Assembly (NCBI GenBank): GCA_973895155.1
Contig: OZ316896.1
Location: 16,852,754-16,916,753, forward strand
Reading direction: 5' to 3'
DNA from: Marsupella aquatica
Taxonomy: Eukaryota; Plantae; Marchantiophyta
Length of the DNA stretch: 64,000 bases
Shown here: piece after piece, positions 11,801 to 20,900 of the stretch
How positions within the stretch are numbered: the stretch's first letter is position 1
Layout: each line of letters begins with the position of its first letter
Made by a program: the position numbers and the translations under genes
Notes under the pieces: generated by a model
Databases searched by the model: none
Told to the model about the DNA's origin: nothing
The model's input: only the letters and a program-made list of their open reading frames with translations

Positions 11801-14800
11801 AAATTCAGCAGCTGGTCCTTCTGTCTTTTACTCAGGTGGTTGCCCATGATAAATGTGTAGTTGGCAACACTAGGAATAGGACCTGATGTACTCGTACTTG
11901 AAGAGCCAGAAGTGCCAGCCTCTCCACTGTCCAAGCTGCTAGCATGTTGCTGATAAGGTGATGAGGCCTCTCCAAGGCCTGCTGTATCTGTTGCTCTGGT
12001 CTGATCCACACCATGAAACTCAGAAATAATGTCAGCCACATTACAAGGGACCTCCTCCCCCCCAACACTTGGACTGAAGCGGTGAGTGTTGAATAGAGGT
12101 AAGTGCACCTGGTCTGGATGCCATGTAGCAGCACTGTGGAGGGGTAGGGCTGGAGCTCCTAGTGCTGGAGGAATGTACATCTGAAAAAGGATGCAAGTGA
12201 CCAGAAGCCAAGTGAGAGCATTGAGATCCATTACCCTGCCAAGTAAAGCATTCCTGGCCAGCCTGGTGATTTTGATGTGACCTATAGTACCGGGTTGGAA
12301 GCCCATAGCCCGTTCTCTCTCCTCAGGACTAGGTTCATCCCATGTACCGGTAGAATGTTGATAAACCAGCCCAGGACCATCACCCTGAAAAGCATGTGCA
12401 CCTGGAAAGGACACAAATGTAGGCCAACCAGCACGGGGTTGTCCAATGGTATTAGCTGGATACCAAGGTGCTGGCTCTTGCCGTGTAACTGGTTGGCAAG
12501 AACTGTCAGGATCCAAAATCTGGTCCACTGTAAGGTTAGTGTCCCTGGATGTGTGGTGAAGAGCCATCTCCAGCAAGGAAGGTGGTGCAAGGTTAGTCCA
12601 AAAGTTATGAAGACGATGTGCGTAAGAACCACAGTGCACTGCATCAATGAGAAGGGGTGGTCCCAAGTAGTGCTGGACCACACTGAAATCCTCTTTGACC
12701 TGTGGACGCTGGTCAAACTGAGATGGAGTATTCTCAATGATATAACCAACAGCAGGATAAAGGGATTGAGCCCAGGTGAGGATCTGAACCAATGCTGTGA
12801 AAAGGCCAGAACGAGAATCATGCAGTCCAGCACCGTGACCAGCAGCTGAAAACCCTTGGCATTCCCAACCAGCTATGATCAAATCAAGGGAGCCAAGAAG
12901 GGTTAAGTGCCGGTGCTGGACAAGCTGGATATCTGAAGGAAAGAAAGAAAATGCAGACTTCCATGCACTGTGTGGAAACTGCTGAGGAAATCGCTCTGAA
13001 AATTCCAGCAGACGGGATTCAGCCACTTGCCTTGCACCTGGATCAATATCCACATAGATGTACTGCTTCACCACCATGCCAGACTGTAGGAGAGCTTCCA
13101 GGCCTGTAGAAATGCCACCAAAAAGCTCAAGCAATGTAAGGCCATCTGAAGGAGGAGTCCATGTAACTGGTGCGCTCAAGATTGGGGCTATTGGTTGTCC
13201 ATGATGCTGCCCAAGGTCCTCAAATTTGTGCAATGCAGCCACCAAAGGTCCATGGGCTGCTTGGAGCCGTTGTACCACCTCTGGTTGATGATCCACATTG
13301 CTGGAAAGTGCTGCTATACGTGCAGCAGCATGTGCAGTAGCCACCTCATCATCATCCTCCTCAATCCAATCCTCCAATGGGTGGTTGACATAGGTAGCTG
13401 TGTGCACTGCTTTCAACACACAGTGGTGAGCCATAGGGGTATGGGCACCATGCAAATCCAGTGGAATGTATCCCAAGTGTGAGCCATCTGTATGCCAATC
13501 AACTCTGTAGTATGCATGCTCATGCCAGTTGTCAATGGTAAAACCTGGTGGGAACAAAGCCTCCTGGCCAATGAGCACATCATACGTAGTGGCATTGGTA
13601 ACCAAACATCTGACTGGGAAATGCAGTTCCTGATCTGTACCTCCATTAAAAGTGAGAGTGAGTAAAGTAGAACTCTCACCCAGCACATCCTCCACAGTGC
13701 CACTAGCAGTCCGAATATGCCACTTGGATGGCTGTAAATGATCAGTCAGCAGTCCCATCTTCTTGGCAAACTGAATGCCGAAGATTACTGGTTGAGCACC
13801 TGTGTCTAGCATGACCACCTGAGGAGTGTGACCCTCCAACTTGACTGCTGAATTCCTGTTGTCAACAATGGCAATGGTGGTGGAAACTAAAGTCCTGTCA
13901 CTAGGCACCACTTTTGGCAAATGATGAGGTACCTTGTGAAGGGAGTTAGTGTCCATGGTCTTCCCACTCAATAGCATAGCCAAGAAAGATGGAGCAGCAT
14001 GACCAGAATCAAGTGTAGCTCTGGTCACACAATCTGCAGCAATACTGTCATCTCTACCACTGGAAATTGGTACTGGGATAGCCAAACCAGTGGAAGCATG
14101 CAATGGAGAAGAAGAAGGTCCAGTATTAACATGAGATTGGACCTCCAAAACCGGTGTCACAGGGGCTGATGAAGAATGCAGTGAGCCCTCTAGCGCTCTG
14201 ATGACAGCTCTAGCATCCAGCTGTAAATCATGGCAACTGAAAAGTGGAGTGGTAAGAATCCTTTGTGCCATACCGGAGGTGAAATGCTCAAGCAGCTCAG
14301 GAAAAACAACTCCCTGTGAAATGTCAGCAGCACCTGGTGGTGGAATGGATGTAGCTGCAGCTCCCTCCCCCCTCGCCAACAAGGTGCGCTCTTCAGCAAG
14401 TGTGAGTGGCTGAAAAGATTGGGGCATGATAGCCCGAGCGCCCCTGGCTCTAGTCAGAGGACCGGCAGCAAGACCATCAGCCTGTACAATGCGGCGTGTG
14501 GGAGCAATACGGGAGGCATCACTGGCCTGCTGGTAAGCAAAATAGGAAGGGCAGAATGAATCTGAAAATTCTGCTGTAAGGCCAGGCTGTGGAGCAGAGG
14601 ATAGCACACACTCACCCATATGAGCATCAAATGGTAAGCCATAGAAAGAGCGGGGGAGAGGTGCTGAATTGTCAGCGGTGCCTGGGCCAAGGATGGGTTG
14701 CACGTGACCAGCCGGTTGAGAAGGACCAGCAGAGGCAGTGGACTTGCCTTTGATGTTGGCAAGTTGGGCACCTAAGGACTCAACCTCATGAGTCAGAGAC

Positions 14801-14868
14801 TGGAGTTGAGTTGCCTGTGCGTTGTGAGCCTCCTTCTGAGCTGGTTGCTTCTGTGGCTGCTTGGGCAA
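8869..14868 (-). CDS. pol: Pol part of the polyprotein: aspartic protease - C5 DNA methyltransferase - RT - RNase H - integrase - PHD finger
   Basis: Motifs: LDTGA (protease, ~13800); LELFGGISTG / AGWECQ / IIENT (MTase); RMCGDYRPLN, MPFGLKNAP, YIDD (RT; YIDD at 11230-11241); TDWS...EGECLA...TDH (RNase H); H-x4-H...C-x2-C, CDLAG, TDQG, ERMVQ (integrase); C4HC3 PHD. Gypsy domain order RT-RH-IN. Confidence 0.96.
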   Translation of the reverse strand: MPKQPQKQPAQKEAHNAQATQLQSLTHEVESLGAQLANIKGKSTASAGPSQPAGHVQPILGPGTADNSAPLPRSFYGLPFDAHMGECVLSSAPQPGLTAEFSDSFCPSYFAYQQASDASRIAPTRRIVQADGLAAGPLTRARGARAIMPQSFQPLTLAEERTLLARGEGAAATSIPPPGAADISQGVVFPELLEHFTSGMAQRILTTPLFSCHDLQLDARAVIRALEGSLHSSSAPVTPVLEVQSHVNTGPSSSPLHASTGLAIPVPISSGRDDSIAADCVTRATLDSGHAAPSFLAMLLSGKTMDTNSLHKVPHHLPKVVPSDRTLVSTTIAIVDNRNSAVKLEGHTPQVVMLDTGAQPVIFGIQFAKKMGLLTDHLQPSKWHIRTASGTVEDVLGESSTLLTLTFNGGTDQELHFPVRCLVTNATTYDVLIGQEALFPPGFTIDNWHEHAYYRVDWHTDGSHLGYIPLDLHGAHTPMAHHCVLKAVHTATYVNHPLEDWIEEDDDEVATAHAAARIAALSSNVDHQPEVVQRLQAAHGPLVAALHKFEDLGQHHGQPIAPILSAPVTWTPPSDGLTLLELFGGISTGLEALLQSGMVVKQYIYVDIDPGARQVAESRLLEFSERFPQQFPHSAWKSAFSFFPSDIQLVQHRHLTLLGSLDLIIAGWECQGFSAAGHGAGLHDSRSGLFTALVQILTWAQSLYPAVGYIIENTPSQFDQRPQVKEDFSVVQHYLGPPLLIDAVHCGSYAHRLHNFWTNLAPPSLLEMALHHTSRDTNLTVDQILDPDSSCQPVTRQEPAPWYPANTIGQPRAGWPTFVSFPGAHAFQGDGPGLVYQHSTGTWDEPSPEERERAMGFQPGTIGHIKITRLARNALLGRVMDLNALTWLLVTCILFQMYIPPALGAPALPLHSAATWHPDQVHLPLFNTHRFSPSVGGEEVPCNVADIISEFHGVDQTRATDTAGLGEASSPYQQHASSLDSGEAGTSGSSSTSTSGPIPSVANYTFIMGNHLSKRQKDQLLNLLLKHENVFAFSMKDLGKCKTMQFSIELADETPIFRRRHRLSKHEWQLVDERCQELYEAGLIQPSTSDFAAAIVMPAKKDSSGLWTEKRMCGDYRPLNLVTTQDRYPMPRPEELFDSIGDSDIFTLVDLRQGFNQILLLAKDRKKTAFHGSNQLWEWLVMPFGLKNAPIFFQRVMDQVLQGAEFLKCYIDDVLVHSKGFDQHLLDLEELFMRLKKVNLKIHPKKCEFAVKSVVYLGHRILPNGTMAHWAKVVSILEMPTPTDVHTLRSFIGLCNYYRIYIKDFSTIAHPLYALLKKNVTWTWSTDAEAAFATLKEKLSEYPVLRKPDFNKVFVLHTDWSALGIGAILGQHDEEGKEYVIAYASRSNNQAESHYSSYEGECLAVVWAVIHYRPYLYGTRFVLYTDHQPLKWLMTNDKLTGKLARWALILQEYNFEVIHRPGVTHQNADTMSRSPLIASDDPSDARQDFDQVSILPTFHASTYLALLPCYIVDQPVVDIWEDSDTLRFLQDGEYPTHVTAAQRDRIQQRSKHYLWKGDHLVRCLPDREVVVPPIHERVGLIRKVHSELGHFGVKRTYSLLVPRYHWRGMHGQVRDVIARCEQCDRVRTSFTSRQPTLHPLPIQGMFYRWSCDLAGELPLTSRGNLYIMIMIEHFSKWIELVALPDKTSRSTSQAFLQQVLSRFGACAECLTDQGSEFRGEFQELLDQALIDHRRTSRDHPQADGLAERMVQTCKKGLRKICLTKNKEDWDLALPYIAMGYRMSKHASLSNFSPYFLLFGRHPVPPSAIASHMLHVVDLDSAVTWSDVIFERAALFRRVMPMAMENLAIAQHRDTLRYAHTRGGTFQPKVRKFEVGDFVYLQRQANDTLDTSTSRTILRFKAIRPSGVLELQGADGRTIADNAKNCAPYHLPNLDPTIVTSTWIPPVDYPCKVCLQIDDADQMLLCDNCNGGYHLFCLRPELTQVPEGLWFCPSCAPRAI
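8887..9021 (-). other. PHD finger at the integrase C-terminus
   Basis: CKVC-x11-CDNC-x4-HLFC-x12-WFCPSC, a canonical C4HC3 pattern. Also intact in the outer copy (~24340-24476). Confidence 0.95.
12200..13150 (-). other. DNMT3-like cytosine-5 methyltransferase domain inside pol
   Basis: Motifs in canonical order: I LELFGGISTG, II YVDID, IV DLIIAGWECQ, VI ENT, VIII IDA...AHRLHNFWTNL, IX EERERAMGF, X RLARNALLGR. Confidence 0.92.
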
Positions 14869-16260
14869 TTTGTTAGCACCGGGGGCTTTGCCACTGGAAG
14901 GAGGAGCAACTGATGCAGTAGGAGCCCTCCTAGCTGGTGGGGGAGTGGAAACAGGAGCAGGATGAGTGGCCTGTTGTCGTAGCTGCTTCCGCTATGGGAA
15001 TTTGGCAAAACAAACTGCCTCCAAGTGGCCCACTTTCCCGCAAAAATCACAAGACAGGTCCTCAGCAACAATATCACATTCATTAGCCTTGTGATTAGGG
15101 TTACCACAGTAGTTGCAAGATGGCAGCATGAAAACAACATGTGCTGGCTTGGTCTTGGAACCATACTGTGGCACACGGGAAGGAGTGGCCAGTGTAGGGG
15201 CAGCAGCCTGGAACCTGGATCGCGGTGGACGCGCAATACTGGCCTCATAATGTGCATGGGCCAACTCAAGTTTCTCAGCAGTGTCATAGACATTGAGCAA
15301 GGTGTAGCTGTCTCCAAACTCTGAGAATATTTGCTGCAACACTTGCGAATGGAGAGCTGGTGTCCCCTCCAATGCGCGAAGATAGCGATGAGCAGCTTCC
15401 AGATCAGTGATGCTCTGGGTGTCCTCCTTCAGCTTGAGAAGCCGGCGATACATCATCTTCAATGTTTCATCGCGCTGCCTCACAAAGGTGGCCAACTGCA
15501 TGATTTTATCAGCACTCTTGATTGGGAATTCCAATTCAAGAACCTGGAAAAACTCAGCCACTGGATCAGCAAAGGCAGGGGAATCAATGGTGGGAGAAAT
15601 GCCTGATGTAGCCTGTGCCAAGATAGTGGGAGTAACTGGCGCAGTGGTGGGAACTGGAGTAGGAGGGGAAGTGGCAGGAGCAGCAGCATGGGCTGCAATG
15701 GCATTCTGTAAGGCCAATTGTGAGGCTGCCGTAATTGCACTGGCATAGGTAGGGTTAGGCAACTGTGTGACAGCAAGCAGCCGTTGAGAGTGCTGCTCAT
15801 ACACATCCAACGCCTCATGGTGCACATACCTGGCTGGCTGCTTAAATGCAAAAGCATTTGTGAAATTGCTGCCATACTTCAACTCCAATTCGCAAACGAC
15901 AGTGTAGAAAGTGGATTTGAACTCACGTAAAGAGATAGTGCCTGGCCGCCCGCTGAAGCGCTCAATGCGGCCAGATGAGTGGCTAGCATCCATGCTGTAT
16001 GTCGGTGAAGCTGGAACAACCACTGATGCAGAAGGGGTAAATGGCAATGAAGTGATAGCAGGCTTTGGAGTAGTGGTGAAGCGACCGCCAAATGTAGCAG
16101 AAGGATTGCGTGGTGTGGGTGCTGCTGCTGCTGTCTGCTGACGTCATCGAAATTGCCGAGGCTCCAATGAAATTGGCACCAATGGTCGTGGATCACTCCG
16201 TAAATGGTACCTGGATGTTGGTGGCGATGTGCTGCTACCTCCTGGCTCCTCTGCTGACAT
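14869..16260 (-). pseudogene. gag: Gag part of the same reading frame, with two premature stops
   Basis: ATG at 16260 (MSAEEPGG) is in frame with pol. Zinc knuckles CNYCGNPNHKANEC and CDFCGKVGHLEAVC. Stops at 16144-16146 (TGA; CGA in the outer copy) and 14992-14994 (TAG; GAG in the outer copy). Confidence 0.88.
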
Positions 16261-17557
16261 GCTGTGGTGTCCTTGCCGGATCGACGGTCTGATGTGTATG
16301 TCGGGCCTCAACCTTATGTAGATTACATGTGGCGGCAGCAAAGAAAGTGGGAAAATATGGGCCCTATGCAACGGTAGTCGAATATGTGAACTGGGCCCCT
16401 CTTAAGTGTATACACATTTGGGCCCCATTGTGGACCCGGAAACTGCAGCCGGACCGGTCGAGTGTGTATACACACTCGTAGCACACGGCCCTATGCAGCG
16501 CTAGTCGGATGGCTATGGAAAAGTCGAGGAGTCACTATGGCCGGCGAGGGAAAGAAACGGGAGGGCACGATGCCCTATGTACATACTGCGGAGCACAAAA
16601 GGCGTAAGGAGGAAAAGGCAAGACGCAGCGTGGCAAGGGCGAAGTAAAGAGATGGTGAAAAGAAAAGCATCGGGCCCCCATAGAGGGCTGCGAACTCCCC
16701 CCCTCCTCTCGTGCAATGTAATTTGGGCTCGTGCCCTGGCAGGAGCACTCCCGAGAAGGGAGTCGACTTAACTCCCCTCCCCCTTTAATGCTTCATAGGG
16801 CCTCGTGCCCTCTCCTCTCGCAGTCTCGCTTCAACTCCTCCCCCTCATTAATGCTGAATGGGGCCTTGTGCCTGGCAGAAGTGTGAGTCCCAAGAGGAGG
16901 GAGTCGAATGTACTCCCTCTCCTCCTTTTAATGCAGCATAGGGCCTCGTGCCCTCTCCCTGCGCTCCTGCCTTCGCTCCCCCTCCCCCTTCTTTAATGCT
17001 GCCTAGGGCCTCGTGCCCTCTCCTGGCGCTCCTTCCCCTTCCTCTGGCAGTCTGGCTGCTTAGAAATGGGCGAGGCAAGGGCACGATGCCCTATGCACAG
17101 CCTGCACACCAAAGCGGAAGGAGGTCGAGAGAAAGAGAAGAAAACGGGGCCCCCAAAGGCGAAAATGTAAAGAGGAGGCCGGGGTGGAAGCATGTCGAAA
17201 CGAGGGCACACGGCCCTATGCAGGCGTCTCGCTGCGGCCGAGGCAAAACTTGCCGGCAGCTGTGGCCGGGAATGCAAAAATGGCCCCAAAAACAGTCGAG
17301 GCAACAAGCGGCAGCAAGCGGCAGCAAGCGGCAGTAACAGTAAGAAGGAGCAAATGGGGTCACGGATGCAACCAGAAAATGAACTCTGGACCTCCTCGGG
17401 AGCATTGATATGTGTATACACTTAAGTATACACATAACAACATAAACCCATAACTTTCAACTCGTCGCTCCGATGTTCGTCGAAGAAATTGCAATGGCTT
17501 CACCAGAAATTATCAAAATCGTCACGAGCAAGCTTCTTTCCCTCACTGCCAACTCGG

Positions 17558-17572
17558 CAGTTCTTCTTGAAT
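17558..17572 (-). promoter_or_regulatory. Putative self-priming primer-binding site, inner element
   Basis: Perfect 15-bp inverted repeat of 17714-17728, which lies inside A1. Confidence 0.75.
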
Positions 17573-17927
17573 AAAGGGCGTAAGAGAAACAATTGTACTG
17601 AAATCGAATCGAAAACCGGCAGGATGCCAAGATCGGTCGGGAGCATCTAACGAATCACTGTGTGAATCCCGTGTACGGAATCGACGAGCACTGTCTGAGC
17701 TCTGTCAACAGTGATTCAAGAAGAACTGAAGAACGGCAAAGAAAAACATGCCCTAAGTAGGACCGGGTCCAGGCGTCCACTAACAAACCTCTTTTGCTTC
17801 AAGAACAGCCCAGACTCGCTACAAGAACATGACACTAACTCAAGTAGTACACTAGCCCTAACCATACCTAGCGGACATGCGAGGGACATGCCGATGTGCA
17901 CAAGCGGCACTGTCCCTCGGCATGACA
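17571..17927 (-). repeat. Inner element terminal repeat A1
   Basis: Near-identical to 8324-8651 and homologous to the outer A repeats. Confidence 0.92.
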
Positions 17928-17931
17928 GCCA

Positions 17932-20900
17932 CCCAGAGCATCACTGACCTGGAAGCTACTCATCGCTATCTTCGCGCATTGGAGGGCACACCAGCTCTCC
18001 ATTCGCAAGTGTTGCAGCAAGTATTCTCAGAGTTTGGAGACAGCTACACCTTGCTCAATGTCTATGACACTGCTGAGAAACTTGAATTGGCCCATGCCCA
18101 TTATGAGGCCAGTGTTGCGCGTCCACCGCGATCCAGGTACCAGGCTGCTGCCCCTACATTGGCCACCCCTTCCCGTGTGCCACAGTATGGTTCCAAGACC
18201 AAGCCAGCCCATGCTGCTCTCATGCTGCCATCTTGCAACTACTGTGGTAACCCCACTCACAAGGCTAATGAATGTGATATTGTTGCTGAGGACCTGTCTT
18301 GTGATTTTTGCGGGAAAGTGGGCCACTTGGAGGCAGTTTGTTTTGCCAAATTCCCAGAGAGAAAGCAGCTACGACAGTAGGCCACTCATCCTGCTCCTGT
18401 TTCCATTCCCCCACCAGCTAGGAGGGCTCCTACTGCATCGGTTGCTCCTCCTTCTAGTGGCAAAGCATCCAGTGCTAACAAATTGCCCAAGCAGCAACTG
18501 AAGCAACCAGCTCAGAAGGAGGCTCACAACGCACAGGCAACTCAACTCCAGTCTCTGACTCATAAGGTTGAGTCCTTACGTGCCCAACTTGCCAACATCA
18601 AAGGCAAGTCCACTGCCTCTGCTGGTCCTTCTCAACCGGCTGGTCATGTGCAACCCATCCCTGGCCCAGGCACCACTGACAGTTCAGCACCCCTACCCCG
18701 CTCTTTCTATGGCTTGCCATTTGATGCTCATATGGGTGAGTGTGTGCTGTCCTCTGCTACACAGCCTGGCCTACAGCAGAATTTTCAGATTCATTCTGTC
18801 CTTCCTATTTTGCTTACCAGCAGGCCAGTGCTGCCTCCCGTATTGCTCCCACACGCCGCATTGTACAGGCTGATGGCCTTGCTGCTGGTCCTATGACTAG
18901 AGCCAGGGGAGCTCGGGCTGTCATGCCCCAATCTTTTCAGCCACTCACACTTGCTGAAGAACGCACCTTGTTGGCAAGGGGGGAGGGAGCTGCAGCTACA
19001 TCCATTCCACCACCAGGTGCTGCTGACATTTCACAGGGAGTTGTTTTTCCTGAGCTGCTTGAGCATTTCACCTCCGGTATGGCACAAAGGATTCTTACCA
19101 CTCCACTTTTCAGTTGCCATGATTTACAGCTGGATGCTGGAGCTGTCATCAGAGCGCTAGAGGGCTCACTGCATTCTTCATCAGCCCTTGTGACACCGGT
19201 TTTGGAGGTCCAATCTCATGTAAATACTGGACCTTCTTCTTCTCCATTGCATGCTTCCACTGGTTTGGCTATCCCAGTACCGATTTCCAGTGGTAGAGAT
19301 GATAGTATTGCTGCAGATTGTGTGACCAGAGCTACACTTGATTCTGGTCATGCTGCTCCATCTTTCCTGGCTATGCTATTGAGTGGGAAGACCGTGGACA
19401 CTAACTCCCTTCACAAGGTACCTCATCATTTGCCAAAAGTGGTGCCTAGTGACAGGACTTTAGTTTCCACCACCATTGCCATTGTTGACAACAGGAATTC
19501 AGCAGTCAAGTTGGAGGGTCACACTCCTCAGGTGGTCATGCTAGACACAGGTGCTCAACCAGTGATATTGGGCATTCAGTTTTCCAAGAAGATGGGACTG
19601 TTGACTGATCATTTACAGCAATCCAGGTGGCACATTCGGACTGCTAGTGGCACTGTGGAGGATGTGCTGGGTGAGAGTTCTACTTTACTCACTCTCACTT
19701 TTAATGGAGGTACAGATCAGGAATTGCATTTCCCAGTCAGATGTTTGGTTACCAATGCCACTACGTATGATGTGCTCATTGGCCAGGAGGCTTTGTTCCC
19801 ACCAGGTTTTACCATTGACAATTGGCATGAGCATGCATACTACAGAGTTGATTGGCATACGGATGGCTCACACTTGGGCTACATTCCACTTGATTTGCAT
19901 GGTGCCCATACACCTATGGCTCACCACTGTGTGTTGAAAGCAGTGCACACAGCTACCTATGTCAACCACCCATTGTAGGATTGGATTGAGGAGGATGATG
20001 ATGAGGTGGCTACTGCACATGCTGCTGGACGTATAGTAGCACTTTCCAGCAACGTGGATCATCAACCAGAGGTGGTACAACGGCTCCAAGCAGCCCATGG
20101 ACCTTTGGTGGCTGCATTGCGCAAATTTGAGGATCTAGGGCAGCACAATGGCCAACCAATAGCCCCAATCTTGAGCGTACCAGTTACATGGACTCCTCCT
20201 TCAGATGGCCTTACATTGCTTGAGCTTTTTGGTGGCATTTCTACAGGCCTGGAAGCTCTCCTAAAGTCTGGCATGGTGGTGAAGCAGTACATCTATGTGG
20301 ATATTGATCCAGGTGCAAGGCAAGTGGCTGAATCCCGTCTGCTGGAATTTTCAGAGCGATTTCCCCAGCAGTTTCCACATAGTGCATGGAAGTCTGCATT
20401 TTCTTTCTTCCCTCCAGATATCCAGCTTGTCCAGCACCGGCACTTAACCCTTCTTGGCTCCCTTGATTTGATCATAGCTGGTTGGGAATGCCAAGGGTTT
20501 TCAGCTGCTGGTCACGGTGCTGGACTGCATGATTCTCGTTCTGGCCTTTTCACAGCATTGGTTCAGATTCTCACCTGGGCTCAATCCCTTTATCCTGCTG
20601 TTGGTTATATCATTGAGAATACTCCATCTCAGTTTGACCAGCGTCCACAGGTCAAAGAGGATTTCAGTGTGGTCCAGCACTACTTGGGACCACCCCTTCT
20701 CATTGATGCAGTGCACTATGGTTCTTATGCACATCGTCTTCGTAACTTTTGGACTAACCTTGCACCACCTTCCTTGCTGGAGATGGCTCTTCACCACACA
20801 TCCATGCCAGGGACACTAACCTTACAGTGGACCAGATTTTGGATCCTGACAGTTCTTGCCAACCAGTTACACGGCAAGAGCCAGCACCTTGGTATCCAAC

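Larger units (their letters stand above)
8148..17927 (-). mobile_element. Inner nested copy of the same family, nearly intact
   Basis: Same TGTCATG...CACGACA termini on the minus strand. GCCA duplicated at 8144-8147 and 17928-17931. Carries the 1999-aa pol ORF and the gag ORF. Confidence 0.95.

Noticed and set aside
14992-14994. Programmed stop-codon readthrough between gag and pol
   Set aside because: The stop falls at different codons in the two copies, and each is a sense codon in the other.
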